This document shows positions 11,881-23,786 of a stretch of 52,272 bases of DNA, piece by piece. The notes below the pieces were generated by a model. It saw only the letters and a program-made list of their open reading frames with translations. It made no database searches and was not told the origin of the DNA. The stretch comes from Nemertoderma westbladi (taxonomy: Eukaryota > Animalia > Xenacoelomorpha), in assembly GCA_032718475.1 (NCBI GenBank), contig JAUCBJ010005579.1:1-52272 (forward strand), read 5' to 3'. A program made the translations under genes and the position numbers. Each line of letters opens with the position of its first letter. The first letter of the stretch is position 1.

Positions 11881-14800
11881 TTATCGACTCGCTCCTGGAT
11901 TCTTCGGGCTCACTCCCCTCTTTCGCCCCCGCCCCAGATACACCAATCTTCCTCCTGTGGACTCTGTCGACGGCGTCCGTGAGGCGTCACTTCCCGGAAC
12001 TGGCGATGATGTTCCCTGGGCCCCGACTGACTCTCGGCTGGTACTCCTCCCTCGGCCTCGTCCCATTTGTCGGGTTCCCGTAATCGCCTCCGCCAACTCC
12101 TCCTTCTGCAGTTGCACGCGCGCCTTTTCGGACGCACCCTGTGCATTTCGCTGCAGACGCTGAGCATCGATAATAGAATGATAGTGGTTGTCCTTGACTT
12201 GATGCTTGTCTAGGACCCCTCCTCCTGGTTCTTGCCGCGAGCTATGAGCTCTGGCGGTTGTCGCTGTGGGCGCTGCGGTTCGTTGCTCCTTTATCCGTTC
12301 GGCGGTTAATGGCCCCACCGGTACGTGAGTCAACAGGAACTCGTTGCGGTATTGTATAGCCGCCGGTATTGTACAGTCTCCTCGCACGCGCACCACCTTC
12401 CTAGTCTCCAAAAAGGTCTCCAAAATAGACCTTTGGTTATACGGTCACAAATAGCAACAAAGTTCCAAGTGTATTTATTGTCCATATTCAATTGTCTAAA
12501 GTATTCTCGAACAACAATTACTCCAGTATTCTGCGGAAGATCTTGAGCAGTTAGTATCAGCTCCTGATATTGCGGTAGTGATTGCAAATCCGGCTCATAC
12601 GCGACGTGTGATGGATCTACTGCCCAGAATCCGTATCCTGCCTTGAACGGCAACCAACGCATTTGTGCTTGGATGTGGTAATCAGCCACACCCTCCCACT
12701 TGTCTAACATCTCCCGGAGTAGGTTGGCGCTATGGTTTTGGAAAGAATCATCACACAGTTGACATTTTGCGCTATGATGTCCCTTTACCCCACAATATCC
12801 ACATTGAGAAATGAAGACGGTGCACGTATGGAATGAGTGATCTGTCTTGTTACACCAACAGCAGACCTTATGCGCTGCCTCTACTACCGCGTCGCACGAC
12901 TTTTGACTGTGCCTTATGCTGCTGCACAACTTACATCTACGCGCTTGTGGAAACCAGGCCCTCTCATATATGAGGTCTCCAATCGGCTTCGCACTCCCTT
13001 CCTTCCCAATGTCTAAAATGATGTTGTCCTCTCCGGTCAGAGGTTGTCGATCCGGAACAAAGTAAACATCCTCGCCTTTGTCCTCTATCTCCAATATTTC
13101 CTCCCATATTCGTTTCGGATATGTCTTCTCCACCGGGAGATCCACTCCGAACACCTCTACTAACATCTCCGGCCAACCCTCTCTAACGGGTCTATCCGCC
13201 TCCAAGTGGACGGGAGTACCAAACCCGCGGGTTTGATTCCCGAACCACTTCTCCAAGGCCTCTGGCGTCGGATACTCCATCGACGGTCGGTCTCCCAAAT
13301 CTACGATGTTCTGTCGATATACTCCTTCGAATATCGCTAATCCTCTCCTAACCATCGACGTGTTCTCTAGCGATTGGTTGAAGAACGGGGGTAAGAAACG
13401 CTTCATCACGTCGGATTGGATTCCCCCTTTCGAGCGAACGTATTGATCTCCTCCGTACACCAATGGATGACGCTTCAAAACTCGCGCAATGATATCCGCT
13501 AATAAACAAGTTACCGTGTTCGACTCAAGCACCAAATAATATTGCAGCGATGCACGGGGTGGCGCGCAGATGTTCCAATACACTAATGCTTGCCGTTTGA
13601 AGTGGGATTTGAACTCCGCTCCCGGTGGCGTGTTATATTCACCATACGCCTCCTCGTATTTCTTTTGCGTCTTTAACTTGAAGTCCCAATTATATAACAA
13701 ATGCGCTATAAAGCCCATACCAGTCTTGGCAGAGTTGGGATACTCTCTATAAATTCCAATATCCTGTGCCCATAGCAACAATAGCTTGGTGTCGACAAAC
13801 GGTCTTGGCAATCTGTCCTCCAAATCCGTCATGGCATTGAAGTCGCTCTCCAAATCGCTCTGGACTCCTGATCCCACGTTGACGTAATCCTGGTTGAGAA
13901 TCACCTCTCTAACTTTCTTGGGTAGCATCCTGGCATCGATACGCTCTGCTCCATGCATACCTCCTCGCCTGCATACCTCCAAAATCTGTTCCCTGGGATC
14001 CTTCCCCCGCCGATATTGCGTCGTTATTATGGGCTCCGGTCTCTGTCGGTCCGCCCTCACGCGCATAAATACATGAGTCACACCATCAGCCGCGCGAATT
14101 TGAATGCACTTACTAGTTAGGCACTCTTGATGGGACCCTCCCTCGTTGTCGTAAAACATCAAGCACCAATCCTGTAGGGATTCCTCCGTCTTTCTCCACT
14201 GATGCTGGATCTCGTCGGATGGGGTCCATATGCGCTCTATAGCCTTGTGGTCATCGTATTGGGTGTAGGAACCCTTTCTCCTCAGCTACGCCTGGTCTAC
14301 CTCCTCGTCGCCTGGGAATGTAGCCACCGCGACCCATACCTTTATATACCAAATAACTTGCTCTCCTTCCCCGGAGCTCCAATCTTGTCTTGCGTGTCGT
14401 AATCTGTTATCTGCATCAGGACATCACGCAAGAACTTCACGCATAAAACTTCCCGTAGACAGTCAACGTTCCAATGATCCGATGACATCACCATCGGCAA
14501 GAATCGAATGGCTTCTCGCGACTCCGGGTGATCTACCAATATCGCAGGTTCATTGCCGTCGGAATAATACACTGGTCGGGGTTGAGATACAGCCTGTGGA
14601 ACAAATGCAGTCACTCTCCTAGTCTCCTCCTGATGTCTATCCGCGGTCTTATTATACTCCGCTACCCGCTCTTCAAATAATTGCTTCGATTTCACCGCTC
14701 ACTCCTCCTGCCGCAATGCGTCTATATCGTCCTGATGCTCAGGCGTGAGATTTCTCGCTCGGTGAGGCGAAGTAAACATGGTCCAGAGACTCGAGAGCTC

Positions 14801-15589
14801 CAAACCCGCGGGTTTGGTACCCGAGTCCCGTGCCGCTTCGCACCACGCCTCTAGGTCCTTATAGGCTCGGTATAGCGAAATGGCTGCTGCCATCTCTATC
14901 AAAGCGGGTGTCGAACAGGGTTTAATCTCCATATACGGATCTAAAGTCGTAACGGTCGGCGTAATGGGTCTCGGAGGTCGCTATCCACCGAAGTCGATAC
15001 TGATCATTGGGTTGCTCATCGGGTAACCTCCCTCGTTGTATCTAAGAAACTGGTGAGCTTGACATCGCGTTAATATCGGTTCAGGATGCTGCTCGTTCAG
15101 TCGATCGGGAATCGCTACGTCTTGTTTATTCATGCATTCGCCGCATTTGTATAACAACTTGTATACGCTGAAAACCTTTGGCGTCTCCTGATCCTCGCCT
15201 CGAGTCTTCCGGTAAAGATGCATTCCGTCGAATTGATCCCGGACTGCAGGTAGAGGTTCGTCATAATGTAAATACATGTTCATATGGTACAGACGGGCGA
15301 TTTCCTCGTCTGGGTTTGCGCTAATGTCGCATACATCAAGGGCAAAGTCGTAGGGATAACGAGTGCGATACTCCTTCCGTAAAACCTCCATGGGGTCTCC
15401 CAACGCTTGCATCCGTTTCCTCCTCAACTCCTTCTCATACGTGGGCTTATACTTCCCGTTTAACTCCATCACCGATCTCCCATGGTAGTAAACGTTCGAA
15501 TCTTTACACCCGGGTTGGGCGAACGGTAGTTCCGCCTCCTCTCTGGTGGTAAACCCTCTCCTCGGTTGCGCTCTCATTTCCTTTTCCAT
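11881..15589 (-). pseudogene. BEL accessory ORF (~1,230 codons): unknown N-terminal region, DEDDy 3'-5' exonuclease, 3x CCHC zinc knuckle, RG/basic tail
   Basis: ORFs 15589-14981, 14932-14699 and 14695-14342 share one frame, split by single stops. A frameshift near 14345 and one more stop lead into 14162-12330; a frameshift near 12420 leads into 12423-11881. Exo motifs FYDNE, CIQI, LPKKVREVILNQDYVNVGSGVQSD, FVDT, GMGFIAHLLYNWDFK, W..QYYLVLE. Confidence 0.8.
12762..12935 (-). other. Three CX2CX4HX4C zinc knuckles in the accessory ORF
   Basis: CKLCSSIRHSQKSC, CCWCNKTDHSFHTC, CGYCGVKGHHSAKC. Confidence 0.92.
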
Positions 15590-16345
15590 TATGCTGCGTA
15601 TATATATATATCCAATTGGTCCGTTACGTAACTAATTACACTGTGGGTAAATCAGTTAGATGATGCCGAAGGACAGACTTCCCGAACCTCCCAGCCGCCT
15701 TCCAGCAGTTCAGGTTCGGCTCTCTAGATCCCGTCTCATTCCTAATTACCTTCTAACCTATTCCCATGCATAGCGCAAAAACTTCGGAGATAAACTGGCC
15801 GTGAACAACTCACTTTTTGATGCCCAAACTACTCCCATTACTTGTACTAAACTACAGTAGTTAGAAAGGACAATAGTTTCGGCGCTCGACTATACCAAAC
15901 CCACAGGTTTGATAATCGAACACCTCACTCCACTGCAAACTACTGAGTGGGGGTCTGTGTATGCTTCTGGTGCTACTAACCTTTAGCACCTTGGTTGTTG
16001 TACTGTTGGCACCAATCTGTGGAAGTTACTGAACTCAATTTACACTCCTACATAATATAGCCGTCAGCATGGTTTCTAAATGCTATTTTCCAGGCTTCAC
16101 GACTTTCAAAATACTGTACATCTATAAACGAATTCTAGAATGCGTCTATATGCAGCGTTTGGGATTGTCTTGGGTTCACTTCTAATTTTTAAAATTTGTA
16201 ATTTTCCAAATATTTTTGAAAATAAAATTTTGTTTTTGATACCCACCAGACAAATTCTCAACGCAAATCACCACAAACCCGCTCCTATGCATTTCCTAGT
16301 ATTTGCATACGAGGAATGCATATGAAGTGAATTTGCGTTCCATCA

Positions 16346-18247
16346 CTAATTTTGGTTTGAGGCGGGAGACAAATTATAGTCTCCTGTCTCGATGCGTGTC
16401 TCCTCTAAAAACATGGTATCTTGGACCGGTCTGTCCAAGGTGTGTAAACCATTAGTTTTACACTTCTTTTGGTTCAGACACTTGCACCTTATTTTTACAG
16501 TGATGGTGCGCACTATATTTTCCACGTCCGGGTGTATGTGCAAGATGACTCCGGTCTCCCAATATTTTCTCTTGACAACTGGTTCGGTTATTAATACGTA
16601 GTCTCCTCTTTGGAGGCTCTGAACTGTTTTGTACCACTTAGATCTGGTGGATATTGTGGGAAGATAATATTCCCGCCAATATTCCCAGAATGTGTACGTG
16701 ACGAATTGAGTTATTTTCCAGCTCTTTCGACTATATAGGTCGGCACTAATGGGTTCTGATGCCGGCACAAGAAACGCTGGACTCTGCATTAGCAAATGAT
16801 TCGGCGTTAATGCAACACCGTCCAGCAACATAGCTATCGGCCTCGAGTTCAATGTATGCTCGATTTCGATGAAAGCTGTTACCAGCTCGTCGTCGGTAAG
16901 TTGTTTGTTTACAGGCAATGTTTTAGCAATGGCCTGCTTTATGGAGCGAACCAAACGCTCCCAACTTCCTCCGCTCCAGGGACTTTCTGGAGTGTTAAAT
17001 TTCCACTCCACTCTTTGCGGCAATAGTGCTGCAGAGATTTCTCTATACTGCGCTGCCCTATGAGCCACGTTCAACTCGCTATTCCCCCCGACAAAGTTTG
17101 TACCCTTATCGGAGTAGAACGCCTTTACTAGTCCTCTCCTGGCCATAAATTTCTTTAAGGCCAGGAGCAGAGATTTGGTCGACATGTCTGCCACACGCTC
17201 TATATGTATGGCTCTACTAGCCATGCATATCAGTTGCAGGCCCCATCGTTTGTGGGTCAGCCGTACACTCTTTGCCTCAATCGGACCAAAGCAGTCCACC
17301 CCTGTATTTGTAAAGGGTGGGTCATATGCCTGCACTCTCGCTTCTGGGAGTTCAGCCATCTCCTGTTCCAATACTTTGGCGTTCACCCTCTTGCAAACCA
17401 GACAGGCGTCGTACATAGTACCTACTGCCCTGCTTGGCTGCAATAGAATGAATCGCTGTCTCGCTGCCGACAAACAGTGTAACCTTCCCGCGTGATGCAA
17501 CCTCTTATGTATTTCCCATAGAATCGCTCTTTGCAATTCTATTGGGTGACTAGGGATTATCACTGGGAACCGAAACTGTGAGTTTATGTCGACAGTCTGG
17601 ATTCTCGATCTATGACAAATTAAACCCTTATGGATTAATGGGCTCCATTTTCTAAGGGGTTTATAGAGAACTGGTCGTTGAGCCGATAATAGATAGAATT
17701 CTTTCGGGAAGGCACACATTTGATAATGCTTCAAATGCTTTAATTCTGCTTGATTAATCTTATCCTCTGTCAGAGGATGTTTCAATTTCTGAATTTGCTC
17801 ACTATTAGTGCTCGTTTGTTCTCCTAAATGTTCCGAATGTTTTAAACAAAGGTACGAAACGTATCGGCTTAACCACGCAGTTCTTTCACAAATTGTCAGC
17901 CAAGAGGCAGACGAATTTAGTAATTTGTCATAAATACTACATGGCTCTAATGCCAGCGACGGTTGCCCGCTAGCTAATGGAAGTTTTGAATCCAAACCCG
18001 CAGGTTTGGAAACCAAAGGCTCCATCTTGTCGGTCATTTTCTGTCCGTCACTTACCAATTGTGGCCCTTGTATAGTCTGTAAGGGTGGTTTTATGTCATA
18101 ACTTACCCTTCTGGACCTTGTAGTCACGTAAGTCTCTAGGTCTGACAGGTGTCCAGGCAGCTCCAATGACTCTTCAGGCTGCTCCAATGACTCTTCAGGC
18201 CGCTCCAATGGCTTGAGTTTGGCTTTCGACTTGGAGACTTTCTCCAC
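16346..18247 (-). pseudogene. BEL pol: integrase (HHCC, DDE core, DUF5641-like C-terminus)
   Basis: HKRLHHAG...CLVC; TGVDCFGP; YSDKGTNFVG; PWSGGSWERLVRSIK; LNSRP; LTPNHLL; FWEYWREYYL. Frameshifted relative to RT/RH. Confidence 0.95.
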
Positions 18248-18248
18248 T

Positions 18249-19913
18249 TCACATTGGATTGGTCAAAATCTTCAGTCGCTCTGGCCAATGTTCCTGTGTC
18301 CTCGTTAGAAAATCAGGCCCATGCAACCAAAACTCCTGGGACTCCTCCTGACAGAATTCCGCCGGCATAGCACCTCTCGAAGTTATGTCGGCCGGGTTCA
18401 ACACTCCTGGACAATGTCTCCATTGTTCCTTCGTCGAGAAGTAGACAATCTGAGCGCGTCTGTTGGCCACAAATGTATTTAGTGCAATATTGTCGGCTGC
18501 AATGTACACTAACACTAAGGATGCGTCCGTCCAATAGAATAAGGTCAATGTCGTGTCTAACTCCTCTATTATCTGCTTACTTACCTCAACTGAGACTACT
18601 GCCGCCTGCAACTCTGCACGAGGGACAGTCATGTATTTGACCGGCATTGTCTTTGATCTAGAAGTCACAAAGGCCGTCTCAAACTTGTCCTGACTTACCT
18701 CTCGGTGAAGGTAGGCTACCATGCCAAAGCCGGTGTCACTTGCGTCACTGAATAAGTGCAGTTCTAAATCAGCTGGAAATACCATCTGATTTGGAAAATA
18801 GGAGCGGGGTACATCTATATTTTTCAATAGATGTAACTCGGCTTCCCACTCTCTCCACTGCTTTGCATGTATAGGGGATATTGGCTCATCCCACTCTAGG
18901 TCGGACAACCAAATTTTCCTCATACATACTCGTGCCTGTAATATTACCGGGCTGATAAAGTTTATCGGGTCGAATAGTCTACTCATTGTGGATAAGCAGA
19001 TTCTCTTAGTCAAAACTTGGTCTGGACTACTGGGCTCAAACCTGACTCTCACCTGGAACTTATCTGTGTTCGGATTCCAAGCGAGTCCCAGTACTCGCGC
19101 CATGGGGGTCGGTTCTACACCCAATTCAATGTCTCTGCTTCCGCAATCTTTCACCGGGAACGACTCTAATAGGGCCTCCGGGTTGGTAGTGAACTTGGTC
19201 AGTGGGAAACCTCCTATAGCCAAGCACTCCTGTAGGCCCTGAGCCACTTCTATGGCTTGTTCCGCTGTGTCCTTGGACACCAATCCGTCAACCATATAGA
19301 AGTTTCTCATGATGGACTCAATAACGTCTACTGGGTACTTACCAATCTGGGCTGTCGCCGTTTTCTTTAGAACAAACAGCGTGCCGTTGGGACTATCGCG
19401 GGCACCGATTATCCTGACATACATCTGGTATGTAACCACTGGGCCGGATAGGTCTTCATTCTCATACCAGAGAAATCTGAGACTATCCTGGTCCGCCTTG
19501 CAGGCTCTTACCTGGTGAAACATCGCCTTGATGTCGCAAGTAAACGCGAATCGCCGCTGTCTAAAGCGTAATAGTATCCCTATCAAGTAGTTATTTAAGT
19601 TGGGACCATCCATCAACTCTGAGTTCAGGGACATACCTCTATAGACTGCTGCGCAGTCATTGACTACTCGGACTTTGTCTGGTTTGTCAGGGTGAGTCAC
19701 ATAGTGGTGTGGAAGGTAATAAGTCTGGTCCGTCACTAAGTCCGGGTCCTCTACCTTCCCAGAAAATCCCTTGGCAAAATAGTTGTTTATCTGGGCGCAA
19801 TACTTCTCCCTAACGTCTGGATTCTTTAACAACCGAGCCGTTACTCTGTTCATTCTTTTCAAGGCTAAGTTGTAGTTGTTCTCCAACTTAGGTGGTTGTT
19901 GACGCCACAACAT
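18249..19913 (-). pseudogene. BEL pol: reverse transcriptase and RNase H
   Basis: YYLPHH, KVRVVNDCAA, SLNSELMDGP, DIKAMFHQV, LRFLW; the catalytic motif is decayed to FYMVD. RNase H motifs FSDAS, PRAEL, WTDAS, NPAD. Confidence 0.96.
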
Positions 19914-21452
19914 TCAAACTTCAAAATGTCCTGTCGGTAGCAGATGTATGGTATCTTCCATCATCTCCAGCGACCGTTTCTCATCAGTGGACATGGTTAG
20001 GTCATATCCACCTGGTTCCATTGCGTCCCTATCCAGCCATTCGACGGTTCTATCTCCTGTCTCGAGGTCCTGGCGTATCAATTCCTTCTGCAACTCCTCC
20101 TCACTGTATTGGAAAATGTCAAGGTCTCGATATTTAGCCACCTGACCCTCCACTATGTCGGTATAAGTCAAAACGTTACTCAAATAGGTGGCGTGGGCCG
20201 CTGAACCAGACCCACGGGTCTGATAACAGTAGTCCTCGGGTTCACTATCTGTCCGGTCGTTGTAGAGTGGTTCCGACAATCTAACATTATCGGGAATCAA
20301 CTCCTCGTCCGACTCGCTAACGTCACTACAGTGGTTAATACAGGTTCTCCTAAACTCGTCTATGTCTGGCGATTCTACTAACGGTGGTTGAGTTATAGGC
20401 TGTAATCCGTCGTGTCTATCCTTTGGCTTGTTGCCACCTGTAAATTCATAAGACATAGGTACTCGTGTATACCAACCTAATATAGTCCTATGGGCGTGTG
20501 GTCCATTTACATGCGGCTCAGCTGGTCTCGTTTCCCATATTTGGTGCGCGATCAGCTGTTCTGCACCAATTAACATAGATACATTCCTATAACCTACCTG
20601 GTGTCTCGGTATTCTGAGCTTGTCAAAATACTCCTGTGCTATGGGACTCATCGGTGGCACCTTACCTAACTGCCCGTCGAACCCTTTCATAGCTAGACAC
20701 TTAAATCCGTCTAATGGCAACGCTCTCCGTTCTTGGCGAGTGTGCTGGTCTCTCGGGAGTAGGGAGTCTAGTTCTACCGAAATCTTGTGTCCCTTGAGGT
20801 CCCCTACCCCGTGCATGGACTTTAACACTATTTGGATCTCCTCGGCATCCTGGAAGATGGAAACAGCTCTTGCCACTTCCTCGTCGATATACGATAATGT
20901 GGACGCAGTGTCAAACATCACATATATTCCTTTCAATCCTTTGTCTCCGGTAAGTTTCACCGGAATCACACTGAATATTTCCGACGTGGCCGATGATAAA
21001 TACGTCTGTGCGCTGGTCGATGAACTATCTGCGGTGAAACCTTGGCAGGTCACTTCTCTCGCGCTCGCCTCGCCATCCTCGTCCGACGAACCTGGTTGAT
21101 ACCCATTGTCCTGGATGCCGGTGTACGTATTTCTTCTTATTGTTACGGGATCTCTGCTCCCCTTCCTTTGAGGATTTCTCTGTAGGTAACGGTCCATTGG
21201 GGTATGGAAATCTGCATGTAGCAACTTGTGATGTAGTCTGCCGCATTCCATGCATCCGTCCTTGCTGTTCGGGCACTGGCGCCGTACATGACCTGGCGCA
21301 ACACATGCCCAACAGGTGTCCAACGTCCGCACTTGAACTCTTCTCTGTTCCGAAGTTAATTCTTTGAACCGTCTGCAACTGTCTAACTTATGGTCGTCAG
21401 ATCTTACCTCCTTTAGTAAGCAGAATTGGCAACCTACAAATCCATCCGGCAA
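19914..21452 (-). pseudogene. BEL gag zinc knuckles and aspartic protease
   Basis: CQFC..H..C, CWACVAPGHVRRQC, CMECGRLHHKLLH; protease MFDTASTLSYI; MLIG; TILGW. Same frame as RT, separated by one TGA. Confidence 0.9.
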
Positions 21453-21552
21453 CTCCTGCTGCTTTGCCTTAGGTCTATCTGACCACTCACCTGACCATAC
21501 TCGCGAGTCTGATCTAAAGGCAGGGGTACTCGAATTGTATCTGTCTACTGAG

Positions 21553-22634
21553 TTAAAAGTTATTCCCGTATATAAAAGAGTTAAAAGTATATAAACGGTT
21601 ATTCCCGTAGATGTCGCTAAGTGTCTTCATAGCTAATTCAAATGCTCTTTCATTGCCGACAAAGTTATCAGCAATGGCTCTAGGTTCTCGATGGAGCATC
21701 TGAAGCAGATAGTTGAACTTCTCATTGGGAGTAAAGGTGCTGTTGGTGAGCTGTTCGTCGACATAGGTTTTAAATGTCCTCCAATGCCTATGGTTGCCCA
21801 TAAACTTTTGGGGTTGTTGAGTCGGCAGTCCTTGCCTAGCGGCAAACTTACCTATGTCTCTAAGGGTTGCATCGTTCCGGGTTAACAAATTATTTACAAA
21901 TTTTCTGCAGGGTTATTAAGTCTGGTCCTTTCCCGGGGATTTAAACTTTCCTTTCGGTTTTGTGACTTCTGCCGTCTCATTTCTTCCTCTTCATAACTTG
22001 AGTCTGTGTCAGCCCTCAGTGCTCGTGTTGGTTTACGTGCCGAAGCCCTGACCCAGGCCTCTTGTATAAATCTTTCCGCCGAATTTTCAAAGTTGGGATT
22101 ATGGATCGCAGGGACAGGCGTTCTTACCTGAGGTCTATGTGTTATAGTTGCCTCCGATATGCGTACTCGTTGACTAGGTTGGACTTTATCTAACTTAGGC
22201 CTGCTAGGATTAGAATTACTTCTTACCTGGGCTGCTTCCTTTAACTGTAGGTTGCTAAGCATGTCCGTTATAGGTTGGATGTGCGGCAATATAGCTTGCG
22301 CTAAACTGGCACCTAACTCCTCTCTCGTAATAAATTCCTGGCTAGGGTTTTGCTGTATTGTCGGCTCTATCTGAGTAATCCGCTGTCTCTCATATGATCC
22401 CTCTTCCGGTTTAACCCGGAAGTTCTCTGTCGAACTGGGTCGGTGATCCGTCCGCGTATTCCAAACCCGCGGGTTCGGTTCGCCCAATACTCGGCCTCTC
22501 GGAGTTTCTTCTCTAAACTCCCCATTGTCTCGATAATTGCTGTATTGCAGTGCGCTGTCCTGATGGCGCGGATCCTGTGCGATGGGTGAAGCAATAATCG
22601 CTTTCGTCCTTCTGGGCTCCTCCCCGAGGCGCAC
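21553..22634 (-). pseudogene. BEL gag, DUF1759-like capsid region (internally deleted) with upstream low-complexity region
   Basis: KFMGNHRHWRTFK...EKFNYLLQML...AFELAMKTLSDIYGN; the frame breaks near 21590. Confidence 0.8.
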
Positions 22635-23786
22635 CCATGAGGTGGACGCTGTCTCACCACCCCTGGGGCCAGTCTGACTGATGTTATTAGCAGACCGGGC
22701 CGGAGGGTGGCCCGATGCTTCCCGGGTTCTGTTTTCGGTCCCCCGATTACACCGGCACAGCCCGTCGAACTTGTAGCCAGATGGGCTGCTACTGTCAACT
22801 TACTGTGGCCTGACTGTACATTGAGCCAACTCAGAGAGTCAACCGGCAGGTGGACCAGTCGATAGCAATCGAGCACCAAGGTCGCCCTTGGGCCTAACCG
22901 ACGGTCTTGTCCCAAGCGGGCTTGCGCTACCCAACATGGAATATTGACACGTTTTCACCTGCCTCGCCGGCAGTATTGAGGGGATACCATTCCACAACAA
23001 TACTGACTAGCTGGAAAGCTAGAAACAAGTAACCACTTACCAGTCACTGTACACGTGTACTCAACAGATGTTCACAATATCAAGTACACTACGGTAAACA
23101 CAAAATCGGACACATACCATGCACACACAGAAGACATAATTGGGAAAGACAAAATCGGTGTCAAAATCAGGAGGGACTAGTTATATTGACTATGGACATC
23201 GTGAAAAGATAGTCGAGAGTACTTTATTTTACCGTCTGGGTAAAATAACTTTGTGTGCACAAAGTATGCTGGGGCGCAGTAAAGTATGGTCCTACTAATA
23301 CCAGCGGCGTCTGGACCAACCGGCAAGGTTTCCCACACTCACTCACAGTGGCCATACATACAATCACGTGTACTCACATACCCACAGCAACAGAAAGCTC
23401 ATCTCAGACCTAAACACACTTCAAAGACCAATCAGCTGAACATGGAGACAATAACATATAGTATCAAAAAAACGGAACAGCTGATGGTCAATGGTACACA
23501 TCCAAGCCCCAAAGCTAACTGCCACTGCACGCCCACATACAAATCACAGTTCACACCACATGAACCACAACTCACGCCATGCCACCACCCCTACTGTGTA
23601 CAGGACTGTCAGTACAGCAACAGGCCGACTAGATGGTACCACGGCACCATGTCGATTCATAGTTCGTCAGACACGAGGGCCTTAAGTAACTCCCTTGCAC
23701 TATTGCACACCAATTTTAACGTGCCCCCAGACCCTCACGAGTCCGCCGCCGCCTGCTGTCGGCACCCCTATAGAGACCTCACCTCT

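Noticed and set aside
11881-15589. env gene for the third ORF
   Set aside because: No evident signal peptide or transmembrane anchor; it has nuclease and zinc-knuckle motifs instead.
16274-16283. Partial hairpin words (CAAACCCGC here; GAACCCGCA at ~26106)
   Set aside because: They lack the complementary arm, so they were not counted among the six copies.
18240-19920. Programmed readthrough or frameshift at the pol breaks
   Set aside because: The element has many other stops and frameshifts and a decayed RT motif (YMVD), so mutation is the simpler explanation.
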